Positions 38,450-52,335 of a stretch of 64,000 nucleotides of DNA are shown piece after piece. Location: contig CP158636.1 of the NCBI GenBank assembly GCA_050273025.1, positions 8,556,001 to 8,620,000 on the forward strand. Reading direction: 5' to 3'. Positions within the stretch are counted from its first letter, which is position 1. The number at the start of each line of letters is the position of its first letter. The notes under the pieces were generated by a model that had not been told where the DNA came from, did not search any database, and saw only the letters and a program-made list of their open reading frames with translations. This stretch comes from Cenococcum geophilum (lineage: Eukaryota). The position numbers were made by a program, and so were the translations under genes.

Positions 38450-41400
38450 TTGACTTTTCTATTACAGCGGAGCCTCTATTTCGGTTGCTTAAGGAAGGCG
38501 TAGTATTTTACTAAAGACTAGAGCAGTTATAAGCAATAGTGACTTTAAAGACAGCCATTACTATAGCACTAGCGCTAATCCAAATTAACTATTCGCCTAG
38601 GGCAGGAGAAATTATATTAATAGTAGACTTAAGCGGTACTAAATAGGGAGTAATATTAAACCAACTTAATAAAGAAGATAGATTCCACCTATATAGGTTT
38701 AAGAGCGGAATATAGTTAAAGGGAGAACGGAAGTATAACTCTAGAAAGCTTAAGTGTAGAGCTCTACTTTATACGTTTAAGAAGTTTCAAGTCTGGCTAT
38801 ATGGAGCGCAATTTACAGTTAAAACAGATACTAATACCCTAGTGGCCTAGCTTAATAGGTTAGTAACAGATCTACTAGGATCGCTAATAACCCGTTAGTT
38901 AGCGTGGATTTAGCTATAGGATTTCAATATACGACATATACCTAGAAAGAAAAATAGCATAGCAAATAGTTTGTTTTAGCGACCTGTATAAAAAGGAGAA
39001 CTAAAGAATAAGCCTAAGGAAGACCTGGAAGACTTTATAGATCGGGAGCTTAGGTATATTTAATAATACTATAAAACAAAGATCTAAACGTCAGCCCGCT
39101 TAATAATATATACTTTAAAGAATACTAAAAGATTGCACAATAGCTATTAACACTCTAAAGACCTTAAGAAATAACATAAAAGAGTTTAAAAGCTTTAAAC
39201 GCAAGGCAGTTAAATTTAAGATTAAAAATTAACTCCTATTTAGAAGAATAAGTAAGAATATACTATTATAAAGAGTAATAGGTGTTAAGGAATACTAGAA
39301 GAAAGTAGTATAAGAGATATATAATAAGAACGGGCACTAAGGGAAGGAAGGAATATTATAAAGGTATTAGCACGATATTGGTGGCCCAGACTCTATAAAA
39401 CGGTTAAGAAATATATAAGAGAGTATCCTAAGTGCTAAAAGTACTTACCTAGGCTAAAGGAGGAGGCCTTATATCTAACCTAAATAGCCGCCCTTTAGGA
39501 ATAGGTCTTAATAAATATTATATATATACTAACGGCCAAATCAGGGAAGTAGTATCTAGTAGTAGCTAGAGAGTATCTTTTAGGCTAGCTAGAAGCAAGA
39601 GCTCTAATAAATACAATATCTAAAGCGGTAGCAAAATTCCTATAAAAAGAGGTTATCTATAGATAGGGGGTGTTTAAATAACTTTCTATTAATAGAGGAC
39701 CAGGAAATAAGGATATAATAACCGCTTTTATAAAAGCATACGGAATTTATTAAGTGGTTATATTAGCCTACTATCTATAAGGACAAGGCCTAATTAAGAG
39801 AGGAAATTAACCTTTAATAGTAGCGTTAGTAAAGTACGGAGGTAACTAGGTATAGAATCTAATAAAAGTACTTTTAGCTAACTAAATAATAGTTAAGGGG
39901 ATAATAGAAATAACGCTAGTGTAAATACTTTATAGACAAGAACATATGCTCCTAATTAACCTTTACCTCCCTATATAGTAGACGCTTTTATAAAATAAGG
40001 TAAGAATAATAGAGAAACTAATCGTTTTAAGAATAAAACAGTTTAAATAATAAGAAATAAATAATAAAGAAGCTTAGAAAAGGGTATATAGCTATTATCT
40101 AGCCAATAAAGAATACTTTAATAAGATAAAGAATACCTATAAAAGTAAGCTTAAGCCTAGAGAGCTTATGCTAGTATAGGATGCGAAGAAGGCAAAGGAT
40201 ATATCGCAATGGCAAAAGCTACAGCTAAAATGGCAGGGCCCCCTCCGGATTAAAAGGTTATTAAAAAAAAGGTTCTATAAAATTAAGAACCTTAATAACA
40301 CTAAAATAGGAGGCACCCTATATAGGAATTGGTCGAAACGGTTTTATATACAAAATCCTAAGGGGATTAGACTAGAAGACCGTATAAATAAAAGCAACTA
40401 TAATATAGGGGAAGTCTTTATAGAAGAAGAAGCACCTAAAAAGGAGGCTATAGTAGCATCTCTTCCTTTTAACTGCACTACAATCTTACCGCGTTTTAAG
40501 GGTTATAAAACCCTACTAAAAAGGCAGTCTTCTATAAAGATTCTTCTATAAATAGGCTATTACTTAGGATACCTATCACTATAAGTAGTAACTTATTTAC
40601 TTTCTTCTCTCTACTTTTATAATAAACATATAAAGCAACTATAAGGATTAGAGTCTTCTACTACACTCCTACCTTATCCTACTAGTATAAGGAATTAGGA
40701 AAAGAGTTTAGCTCTTTAAAGCTAGTTTTAAATCCTCTATCTTAATAACTACACGCGTAGTCTTCTTCCTTTTACCTTTATTACCAATAACTATCTCTTA
40801 TAAGTATTTTATATTTTCACATTCTATAATTTTTAAATTAATATTTTCATTTCCTTTTAAGTTAAAAGAAGAGCTACTTTACTTTAAAAAGTCCTAGTTA
40901 AGTATACTAAAGGTTAGAGTTAGGCATTATCTAAGTCTTATTTATTCTTTTAAAAAATTGTTAATATTAAAGTTATTATTATATAAATGTCTTAGTAAGG
41001 AAAATCTAACTAATTAGACAACTTTAACTGGTAGTTAAAGTTCCTTAACATCTCAAGATTTCATATAACGACTATTTTAATTTACCTTTTTAGTAAATAC
41101 CACAAGATCTTTATTTTAACTTCCTATTATCCTATTATCCTATCATCCTATTACCCTGTCTCGTTTAATTATACACACCTATTTGCCTTTCTTTACATTA
41201 AAAAGCACTATTATTACCCTTCTCTTAAATTGCCTATTACGCATGCGGAATTTTATTATAAAAATACCTAGAACTATAGAACTCCGCTTAAAAGGAAGGC
41301 CGCCACCTCTGCCTTTTACGCCTCCGCCTCCTACTATCCAGTCAATAGCCCTCGCATATTAAGGAAAGGCGTAGATAATAGAGGTTATCCTTAAAGCTAC

Positions 41401-44400
41401 CTAAAGCCACCCAGTTAATTAGCGCGTAAATATCTATTATAGTTTAATATAGGTTATTTTAAACCAGGAGTATAATATAGTTAAGGCTGCAAGAAATGCT
41501 ATAATTAAGATTAAAAAGGATAGAAAGCTTAAAGGAAACTTAGAAAGTAAAGAGTAGGAAAATACCTTTATAGATATTAGGAAGCTTTCTAAGATTACTT
41601 ATAAGATTAATAAGATTAAGATAGTACGGGATATAGTTAAGAAGGAGTAGGGAAAGGAACTTTTAGAAGATCCCTATAAGCTCTTCTACACATATTACAC
41701 ACTAAAAAGCATTTATATCCTTATTAATTAAGCTAAAAAGAGCGAGATCACTAGAGAGAATATATTAAAAATAGTTAATAATATAATACTAAACCGCCTG
41801 GAACTCTTAAAGGCTAGGATCTTAAGGACTCTATACTTAACACCCTTAGATTTCCTTAATACTTATAAATTTAGACTAGAAGTTAATAAGGAGCTAGTTA
41901 AGAAATAAAGGCTCGCCTATTATCTAAGCTAGGGCTATAAGCTTTTAGTGCTAGCCTTAACTATTAAAGCTAGAGGAAAGGGATTTATACTAGAGCTAGT
42001 TACTCTAGGACCTTTATTAGTACCTTTTAAAGAGGTTAAAGGCTTAAACGCAAAGATGCTATATAGTTTATTTCTATTTAGAGGCAAGGTTCTTAAAGCT
42101 AATAGAGAGAACTCTAAATTTAATAAATCTACGTCTTTAGAGGATATCTTTATTACTAGCTCCTTACAGAAACGCAAGGCTAAAAAAGCTTCTAAGAAAT
42201 CTCCTAGAAAGAAGCTAAAAATAAAACCTACGGAACCTTTAGCTTCTAGTAAAGCTAATAAATAAAAGGGAAAAGTAGCTATAATTACTAAAGCTGATGG
42301 AGAGGTAATTATTAGAAAACTATAGCCGAAATAAAAAATAAAATGCTCGTGCTATTTTAAAACGCCAGTTAAATTAATAAAGGCTCTCAATTTAAAGAAA
42401 GAACTAAAAGGCAGTATCTCTTCCATCTTATAATAGTTTATTATAGCCTAGTAAGGAAATAGAACAAAAGTCCGCGCGCTATACTGGATATATCTTTAAA
42501 AAATAGCATAATTACTAGGACTAGATGCCAGTGCTTCCTTTATAAATTTATATTTACGAATTCACTTAGTCTCTAAGAACTATAATGCTATTAATATTCT
42601 CTAGATAGCCGAAAGCTCTTATTTTTAATTTAAAAGGGATAGTCGTCCTAAGCATATAAACAATAGTCTTAGGATTTATACTTATTCTACTATACGACCT
42701 AATAATTATTAAGTAGATTATATAGGGTTAAGGAAGCTTATATTAGGCTTAAAAGGGGAAATATAATAGGACTTACTTAGAATCCACTAGGCCGATTTAT
42801 TTAAATAGTAAAAAGATACTAGGATTCTAGACATTTTTAAAAAGGAGTTTAATATATATACGCATTATTTGCGTAAGACCGCTAAAGAGGAAAATAGCGG
42901 TATTCTTTAGACTATATACTATTATCTACTACAGTAGGCAGTTTAAATAGATTGAGAGCACTACTAGTATATAGTGGCTTTACGCGCTAATGGCGCTACT
43001 CGTTTTATTATATATTTAAGCTATACGCTCTAGTTCCTTAATAGCTATCTCCCTAAAAAGTAGAACTTAGAAATTAACCTTCTATAAGTGCGTAAAGGAG
43101 GGCCAAATTCTAAAGAAAGCTAGCTTTATTCTTATATCTCCTTAATTAATAAGGGGAGTTAGTCTTATATAAAGTTCCTACCTAGCATATATTAATATAT
43201 ACCAAAATAGGTAGGCTTACTTTAAGAATATAGGGAACTTAATAGTAGAGGGCGTATTAAGAATATAGAAACTACCTAGACTAAAGCTAATACTAAGAAG
43301 TTTAAGCTTAACTGGATGCCCATTACGTTAAGGACTGATAAAGTATAGTTTATAAAAGCTACTATTATATAAGGAGCCTCTTAAGCAATATTAAGTCGCT
43401 TAATTGTTATACTAAACTTAATCGCAATCCTACCAAATACTAAGAGATTAGAGATTCCTGGGCTTAAAAGCTAGTAGGCCGTTACATAGATAAATCTAAA
43501 CGCTTTTCCCCTAGTTTTAATTCCTACTAGCAAACCTATTTCTAACGCTCCTTTATATAAGTTTCCGGCCTATATATAGCTATAGGTAAAGAGCGCTATT
43601 TTAAATGCTTTAGTTAGGAGACTTTTATAGGACGACCCTCATGTAAAAAGAAAGCAACAGTTAATCCTAAATCCTTCATTAAATAATAAATATAAAGTAT
43701 TTCGGGAAAGACACAGGGCGTGTGTTACTAAGGCTGTTTATAAAAGCTTTAAAGAGCTAGAGGAATTTAAGTAGGAGGTATTTAGGGTAAAGTCTTACTT
43801 TTTGGTAAAAGAATAAGGGCGTAAGCGTCCTATAAATGACCTAGAATATCCTAAAGACTTAGTTTCGGATCTAGAATATAAATATAACCTAGCTAATATA
43901 ACTTCTAGCGCTCCCCCGCTAACTAATTATAGTTCTAAAGGCTATTTTAAAGGCGAGGCTAGGGCTGCTACGCCTTAGGGCACTAGGACTACTGCGCTAA
44001 ACCTTAGTCCTAATATCTTTAATAATAAGGTAGCGCCTATGGAAATTAACTAGGAGCTAAAGGATATAAGTAAGCTTAAAGAAGATAGCTTCCGAAATAC
44101 TACTTCTAAACATTTACTAGCATTTATTAATGCTTTAAAGAATATTAATAAGCTAGTAGTATTATACTGCCTAACGCCTTTACCAATTTCAAAAAAGGGT
44201 ACTATTTCAGAAGATTAATTAATTAATTCTAGTTTTCTTTAACCTCCTATATAGAAGACAATACAAGCGGAAATAAATACTATCCGTAAAAAGGTGTCTT
44301 TAAAACTCTAGGTTAGTATTATTAATATATAGGATAATGTAAATACAGAGCTTAAGGCGGAAGGCGTAGATAATATAAAACAGAGGCAATAAATAAAGAA

Positions 44401-44722
44401 GGGGTAGGCAGCTTTAGAGGAGTTAAAGGTATACTAGGTATTAGGTTATTTTTTTCTATCCTTAAGCGTTTTTTACTTACTAAATAGGGTTTATAAAGAA
44501 ACGTTAGGGGACAATATTTTAGGTAGGGGTAGTAATATAGTAGTATGGAACACTCCTCGGTTATTTTAGTTTATTTCTTATTATATATAGGGGGCTTAGG
44601 GTTATATATATATATTATAGAAGCAACCTAGGCTTTAACTTTATCCTAAAAAAAATCCAACTTACCCTCTAGTTATTCTTCTACCTCTCTAGTATAACTT
44701 ATCTAGTCCCATTCCCCTTATA
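38450..44722 (+). mobile_element. 5'-truncated Ty3/Gypsy (RNase H and integrase) with a large extra ORF and a probable 3' LTR
   Basis: DFSITAEPLFRLLK, YNS.KL[E]CRALL, V[E]TD[A]NTLVA[Q]LN, RYWWP, SG[W.]EARAL, AY[HPQ]GQGLI[E]RG, KW.GP. Purine tract at 44521-44530; probable LTR 44536-44722. Confidence 0.85.
41264..44450 (+). pseudogene. Extra ORF (about 1000 codons) between pol and the LTR; central part resembles a fungal 2OG-Fe(II)/PhyH-like fold family
   Basis: One long de-RIP-able frame: [M]PRT[M]ELR...CSC...EF[DM]YTH[H]LRK...LQ[Q]AV...ALRA[D]...L[D]WMPITL...YKFPA...AI[S]NALV[G]RL.[W]DDP. The fold assignment is from recalled similarity only. Confidence 0.55.
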
Positions 44723-46839
44723 ATGCTTAATTAAGTATTATCTTTTAGTATTAGGCTTTGCCCTTCCACACTAGCTCTCTATTATTCACTACTATAATTA
44801 AATCAGTGTCTATATATTACTTTCCCTTTTAAAAAGCAGCTAGATCTAATTAACCTATAGCTTTACCTATAAGCTTATTAAAATATCAAATACTTAGTTT
44901 AACTTCAATAATATTCTTAATAAGATTCTTAAATCTACTCTTCTTCCTTAGCTTCCATCACAGCTTCTACTACTTCCTCCACTACCTCTACAGCAGCCTC
45001 CGCAATAGCCTCCGCAACCACTATCCTCTACGCCAGCATTATCCGGCCGCTTATTTTACCCCTCGCGCTCTTACTAAGTAGCTAGCTCTAGAGATATATA
45101 GGATATTCCTTCTTAGATAAGGAGAATCTTAAACGCAGCGGGCCTGCTAGCGGGCTTAGGTATATTATATTATATTAACACTAGCGTTTTACTATTAATT
45201 ATGCTTCTAGAGCCACTGCTACTACCACTACTACTACCATTACTCCTCTCTCTGGCCCTGCGCCAACTCCTACACTAACTCCTACTGCTACTACTACTAG
45301 CATCCCGTCCCCTACTGGCATTAACTTAACTTAACAAATGCTACTGCCATTAATGCCGCTGCCGGATAGTTTAGTTATTAGGGCTAGGCTTTATAGAATA
45401 GCCTAAAGTCTTACCATTGTAAGGGGCTTACGCCCGTATAATAAATGGTCTATATAGCGAGCCAGCCCTAGCGGCTTATGCCCAGTGTGCTGCGCGGGGG
45501 TTAGTATATAGTATATTATTTAGCCTTTTATACTAATAGAAGTCTTAGGTACGCGTATAGTAAGTACCGCTTAGCTAACCAAGTATACGCCTTACCTACG
45601 TAGGCTCCCAAGCCTTACCTAAGCTATACTAACTGTGGAAAAGGTAGGGCAGGTAGAGCAGTAGGTGGTAAGATAGGCAGAAAAAAGGGTAGAAGTGGTA
45701 GAAGGGTGGGAGCCTCTAGTGTTATTGCTGCTTCTATATAGATATCTTAAATTTAAAGCTATGCTTACCTACTATATATTCCAACGTTTTTGTATAATAT
45801 AGTTAAAGGGGGAATAGAAGTATAACTCTAGAAAGCTTAAATATAGGGCTTTACTTTACGCGCTTAAGAGGTTTCGAGTCTAGCTATATAGAGTACAATT
45901 TACAGTTAAAATAGATACTAATACCCTAGTATCCTAGCTTAATAGGTTAGCAACAGATCCGCCTAGATTACTAATAACTTATTAGTTAGCGTGGATTTAG
46001 TTATAGGACTTTAATATATAATATATACCTAAAAAGAAGAATAGTATAGCAGATAGCTTATTCTAGCGACCCGCGTAAGAAGGAGAGCTAAAAGATAAGC
46101 CTAAGAAGGACCTAGAAGACTTTATAGATTTAGAACTTAGGCGTATCGCATATATAATAAACTAAACAGTGCTACGAAATAAGGATCTAAATGTTAGCCT
46201 ACTTAATAATATATACTCTAAAGAATACCAAAAAATTATACAATGGCTATTAACGCTCTAAAGACCTTAAGAAATAAACTTAAAAGAGTTTAAAAGCTTT
46301 AAACGCAAGGCAGTTAAATTTAAAATTAAGGAGCGACTCCTATTTAAAAGAATGTACTATTATAAAGAGTAGTAGATAGCGAGGAATACTAGAAGAAAGT
46401 AGTGCGATAGGTATATAACAAGAATGGATATTAAGGGAAGGAAGGAACGTACACAAAGGTGTTACTACAATATTATTGGCCCGGACTCTGTTAAGAAATA
46501 TACAAGAGAATGTCCTAAGTGCTAGAAAAATTTACCTAAGTAAGAGGAGGAAGCCTTATATCTAACTTAGATGGCTGCCCTTTAGGAATAGGCCTTAATG
46601 GATATTATCTATACGCCAACGGCTAAATCAGGAAAGTAGTATCTAGTGGTAGCTAAAGAGTACCTTTTAGGCTAGCTAAAGGCAAGAGCTCTAATAAATA
46701 CAACATCTAAAGCAGTAGCGAAATTTCTGTAGAAAGAGGTTATTTAAGATAGGGAGTATTTAGACAACTTTTTATTAACAGAGGACTAGAGAATAAAGAT
46801 GTAGTTACTATTCTCGCAGAAACATATAGGATTTATTAA

Positions 46840-49800
46840 CAGTAATGTCACTAGTCTAGTTAAAGTTTTGGTTGGTTAGTTAGTTACGCTTCTAAAATCG
46901 CAACCGGTTAGAGCTTTTTTGGCTTCCGATTGGTTGGTTATAGAAAATCCCGCTTAACCGGTTAACCACCTAAAACAATTAAGTTAGTATAGAGCCTTAG
47001 TATTGAGGTTTTAGGTAAGGCGTATAAGAGCTAGAGCCACTTAATTATTAAAGTTTACCCCCTTACTAATTTAAGAGCCCGTTTATACCTTATCGCGTCA
47101 CGCTTATTACTTTATCCTTATTGCCAATTGCCCTTATTTCTACCTATCGTTAACTTAATAGAGGCCTTTATTTCAACCAGTTGATCGTCGCGTAGTAGGG
47201 GTAGTAGTCTTACAGGCAGTAGCCGTTCTATAGGTAAGGCTCCTACCGTCCCTAAAAAGCGCGCCCGTTAGTCTTCTTAAAGCTAAAAAAGGAAGCGTTA
47301 AAAGATAAAGCCAGATAAAGCTTTGGTGGAGCCTCTTACCTATTATAAAGCTAAGTCTAACTTCGCGCCAGAGCCTATGGTAAGCTAGGCCTCTTAATAA
47401 AAGCGATTTAAAGTCCACAGCTAATAGTATAGGCGTTGCAATAAGGTTGCGAGGAAGCGCAGAGGCCGTATAAAGAAGTCGCATATATAGGAGGAAGAGA
47501 AGGGATATACAATAGTTTACAAAGCTACAGGCGTTTAATATTACTACTACTACTACTACTTAGATTAGAAGAAAACCCTAAAGTATAAGCCTCTTAGTAA
47601 GTCGCTCTGCTCTCTTATAGACATTAGCTAATTTTAGGGTAGCGCTTAATAGTAACTTAACGATATTAGGTTATTAAAAACGGTTTTATCGCATTAATTA
47701 GTACGGCAAAGTAATTCTACCTAAAGGCGCGATTATAAAATTTGTTAAGCAGCAGGATTATATTTAGAAGGCCTAGTTTAAAGCTTTTAAGCTTCTACTA
47801 ATTTAATAGCTCGTATACTATTACGTCGCATTTTACCAGATTAAAAACGCCTACTTTATTAAATTAATTTAGCATCTAAATAAAGGCCTTACTAAATTGG
47901 TTCCTACGCGAAATATAGTACGCAGATAGGTAATAGAAGAGTTTAAAAAATAGAAAAGGCAACTATAAGAGGACTTATACTAAGCTCGATTAAGTGTCTA
48001 TTTATCCTTTAACTTATAAACGTTACCAAATTACTACGCTATTATCGCGATAGTTGCCTATTATATTAATCGCGATAAAGTACGCTAGATAAAGCTTCTT
48101 GGATTATAATAGCTTAAGGGAGAGCATAGCGGCGCTAATATAGCCTAGATAGTTCTTAATATAATTAGCGAGTATAGAATTAGTAGTTATTTTAGGTATT
48201 TCGTGCTTAATAACGCATTAAGTAATGATATAGCTATTAACTTAATTCTTAAAACTCTCTACCCCTAAATAATAGCTAAGCAGCGGAAACGTTATTATAT
48301 TCGGTGTCTTGGCCATATAGTTAACCTAACTACCTAGGCCTTTCTTCTAGGTAAGACTACGGAGACTACTTTAGAGGAGCTCGAGTTGGCGTATAATAGG
48401 TAGGATTTTAATACTATTATAGCAATTTGGAGAAAGTAAGGAGCGCTTAGTTAACTACATAATATAATAAGGTATATTAGGATGTCGCCGTAGCGTCGCG
48501 AGGAGTTTAAGAAAATTGTAATTAGTAGAGAGTAGGCAGAGTTTAATTAGCTTAAGGTAAGTCCTACTACCTCTCTATAACGTAACAATATAGGCGTTTA
48601 ATTAGGTGCGGCATTAAATTATCTATTCCTCTAGGCTAATTACAGTCGCAATATTATTAATATTCTAACTTTTTACTCTATAGTTAATTTAAAGCAATTT
48701 AACCCGATAGAACTTATACTTTAGCTCTATTATACATGCTATTAACTATAAATAATATATCTAAAACTTCTATAATAACCATATGCTAAAACGCGGCGAA
48801 GGTATAGAAAATAACACCCTTATAAATTACCACTGGTTCCTACTTAAAAAGCTCTCCTCTATACTACAACTCTTTTATAAGGCAACTATATATAGCTAGG
48901 GCCATAAACATACACTTTACCGCTAGTTTACTATAATAGATTAGCTTTTTAAATATTTATTTAATATAAAGGAATATTTTTAAAAAACTACAAGAGAAAT
49001 ACGGTAACGGTAAGGAATATACCTACTTAAAAGCTTCAGCTTTTACTTTATAGGAGAAGTATAAGCAGTACTATAAGTACGTAGATAAGAGCGCTGCCTA
49101 CTACGCTACACAAGTTCTTCTTTTGGATAATAAGTGGGCATAGTTTAAGCAACAATTTAAGGGCGATAAAAAGAAGAAGTATTAGCTTCGTGGCGACCCT
49201 AAGGATTCTAAAGATCTTAGTATATAAGGCCTTATAAAGGAGCTTTAGTAAGAGGAATATAAAGGCAAATATACCACCGCGGCCGCTTAGCAGTTATCTA
49301 CTATAGAGTATATACCTGACGAGACTTTTAGCGGGCTACATTCATATAAGAAAATTAAATTTACATCCTTTATAAAAGCTAACGCCTATTAAAGCTATAT
49401 ATAAGCAGAGCTGGAGCCTAATTTGGATCCTCTAGCTTATTGGAATTCGCTATATTTCTTATAGCCAAAGCTCGCCCGATTCGCTCTTAATATACTAGCT
49501 ATACTACTTACAAGCGCTAAATATAAGAGAGTATTTAGCTCTGCAAAACACCTTATTACTAACTCTCGCAATTACCTTAAAGCTGATATTGTTAAAGCGA
49601 ATAAGTGCTTAAAGTTCTGGTATAGGCGCCCAAAGCCTAAGGCCTTTTAGCGAGGCATTGATCCTAACGTTAACGATTTATATAAGGAAGAAGCTGCTAC
49701 TAAAGCTGCTGCTAAAGCTGCCGCCAAGAAAGATTCTAATATAACAGGTAATGCAGATAAGGATAAAGATAAGGAGGAAGATAAGGAAAAGGATAAGAAA

Positions 49801-50055
49801 TAGGATAAGTAGGAAGAGGAGCTTAGTAAGAGCGATTGCGACAATAACAACAATAAGAGCGATAAGGAAGATGCTATTAAATATATAGTTATTAACAATT
49901 AATTCAACTTAACATTATACTAAGACTTACGATATTTCTAATCTTATTTAGTTTATCTAATTTAACCAGTTGGGCAACCGGTTGGGGCCTTTAAATAGGC
50001 TATTAGTTAGTTATGGGGGCAAAATTTGTAATTAACCAGACCAATTACATTACTG
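46840..50055 (+). mobile_element. hAT DNA transposon (Restless-like), 3.2 kb
   Basis: TIR CAGTAATGT.A.T.GTCT.GTTAA and 8-bp TSD TTTATTAA (empty site near 39746). Transposase about 47158-49900: LSF[D]L[W]T[S]PN, YFVL[D]NA[S]SND, IRCLGHIVNL, TR[W]N, TSA[ECE]RVFSSA; intron near 48556-48682. Confidence 0.95.
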
Positions 50056-50756
50056 TTTATTAAGTAGTTGTATTAGCCTACTATCCATAAGGATAAGGCC
50101 TAGTTAAGAGAAGACATTAGCCTTTAGTAGCAGCGTTAGTAAAGTATAAAGGCGACTAGGTGCAAAATCTAACGAAAGCGCTTTAGGCTAACTAAATAAC
50201 GGTTAAGGCAATAACGGGAATAATACTAGCTTAAATACTCTATAGATAAGAATATATACCCCTAATTAAGCTCTACCTTCTTATATAATAGACACTCTTA
50301 TAAAATAAGGTAAAGATAATAAAAGAGTTAATTATTCTAAAAATAAAATAGTTTAAGTAATAAGAGATAAATAACGAAGAAGCTTAGGAGAGGGTACGCC
50401 GCTATTGTCTAGCTAATAAAGAATACCTATAAGGGCAAGCTTAAGTCTAGGGGGCTTATACTAGTATAGAATGTAACATCGGCAAAATATTGTCCCTTGT
50501 AAATGACCTCAGCTGCTAGAAGTTGGCGTCGTTGGCGGGCCATTAAGGGCATTGACTAACTTAACAAACTAGCCTATGTCGAGTTCATTTGACATGCAGC
50601 CTGCGCGCAGCCTGCGCATAGCCTGCGTAACCTGCGCAACCTACGCAACCTGCGCAACCTATATAACTTATAATTTTAGATAATAAAGGCTACTTTAAAG
50701 CCGTTTATAAAGCTAGCAAGATAAATTGTATACACTTCTTTATATAATCTATTATG

Positions 50757-51090
50757 TCTACATCTGCTACCTATCTGCATCGTCTACCTGTCTACATCAC
50801 CTACCTATCTGCATTACCTACCTGTCTGCATTACCTACCTATCTGCATCGCCTACCTGTCTGCATTGTCTACCTGTCTGCATCGTCTACCTGTCTACATC
50901 ACCTACCTATCTGCATCACTTACCTGTCTACATCACCTACCTATCTACATCGTCTACCTGTCTGCATCGTCTACCTGTCTACATTACCTACCTATCTGCA
51001 TCACCTACCTGTCTGCATCGTCTACCGGTCTGCATCGTCTACCTGTCTATATCACCTACCTGTCTGCATCGCCTACCTGTCTGCATCTGC
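50757..51090 (+). repeat. 18/22-bp minisatellite (ctgcatcgtctacctgt, ctacatcacctacctat)
   Basis: Directly visible. Confidence 0.9.
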
Positions 51091-51309
51091 CTATAGTGTC
51101 TAATTTAATTCGGGGGAGAGGTCGGCCCGATTAAAGGCTCTGATTGATTTGAATCGTTCTCTATGGCCGTTCGCTGGCTGTATATTCGAACAGTGGTTAT
51201 CTAGGGTGCCTCCCTAGGAGGCCTTGATTCGATTTGATTCGGTAATAGGCTCTGGATTAATTCAATTGATCGATTGAATCGTTCGTGGTGTTTGCTGGCT
51301 GGTTGTTCG

Positions 51310-51445
51310 AACGGTTGTTGTCTGGTTCTGGTAACGGTCGTCTGCTAGTTCTGGCGACGGTTGTCTGGTTCTGGCGACGGTCATCTGGTTCTGGCGACGG
51401 TCGTCTGGTTCTGGCGACGGTTGTCTGGTTCTAGCGACGGTCCTC
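51310..51445 (+). repeat. About 20-bp tandem repeat (cggttgtctggttctggcga)
   Basis: Directly visible; a degenerate version occurs at 15225-15320. Confidence 0.9.
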
Positions 51446-51554
51446 TGCTGGCTGCCGTTCCAGTGCCTCCTAAGGTAGGGAGGATGTAAGGAAGGGTAAA
51501 AAATAAGGTGGCTGCAAAGGGGGTAACTTGGCAGAGGCACGTGCGGGGACCCGA

Positions 51555-51970
51555 TGTAGAGCTTCGTGTAGAGCCTCCGTACGCAGAGCTTCGCGCAGAG
51601 CCTCGTGCAGAGCCTCTGTACGTAGAGCTTCGTGTAGAGCTTCGTGCAGAGCTTCGTGCAGAGCTTCGTGCAGAGCTTCGTGCAGAGCTTCGTGCAGAGC
51701 TTCGTGCAGAGCTTCGTGCAGAGCTTCGTGCAGAGCTTCGTGCAGAGTTTCGTGCAGAGCCTCTGTACGCAGAGCTTCGTGTAGAGCCTCGTGTAGAGCC
51801 TTATGCGAAGCTTCGTGCAGAGCTTTGTGCAGAGCCTCTATGCACAGAGCTTCGTGCAGAGCCTCTGTACGCAGAGCTTCGTGTAGAGCTTCATGTAGAG
51901 CCTCTATGCGCAGAGCTTCGTGCAGAGCCTCTGTACGCAGAGCTTCGTGTAGAGCCTCATGCAGAGCCTC
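51555..51970 (+). repeat. 12-bp minisatellite GCAGAGCTTCGT
   Basis: Near-perfect run at 51640-51745. Confidence 0.95.
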
Positions 51971-52109
51971 CAAGTAATAAGACTATAAGATTGTATAAGA
52001 TTGTATAAGATTGTATAAGATTGTATAAGATTATATATAATAGTTAAATATTTAGCATATAACTTTACCTTAATCGCACGTTAAGAAATATACAGTTAGC
52101 TTTTAAAGT

Positions 52110-52335
52110 TGTTAAATAGGTTAACTGCATATTGAGTTAGTTAAATTGTATGTTAAGTAGGTTAACTGCGTGTTAAGTTAGTTAAATTGCATATTAAGTA
52201 GGTCAACTGCGTGTTGAGTTAGTTAAATTGCATATTAAGTAGGTCAACTGCGTGTTAAGTTAGTTAAATTGCATGTTAAGTAGGTCAACTGCGTGTTAAG
52301 TTAGTTAATTGCGTGTCAAGTTGGTTAAATTGCAT
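52110..52335 (+). repeat. About 41-bp subterminal tandem repeat
   Basis: gttaagtaggtcaactgcgtgttgagttagttaaattgcat, about 5 copies. Confidence 0.85.

Noticed and set aside
49647..49898. Hydrophobic minus-strand ORF
   Set aside because: Antisense of the acidic C-terminal tail of the hAT transposase.
50726..52008. Overlapping ORFs (HEAL, AELR, RASC and YLSA repeats)
   Set aside because: Open in several frames on both strands only because the repeat units lack stop codons.
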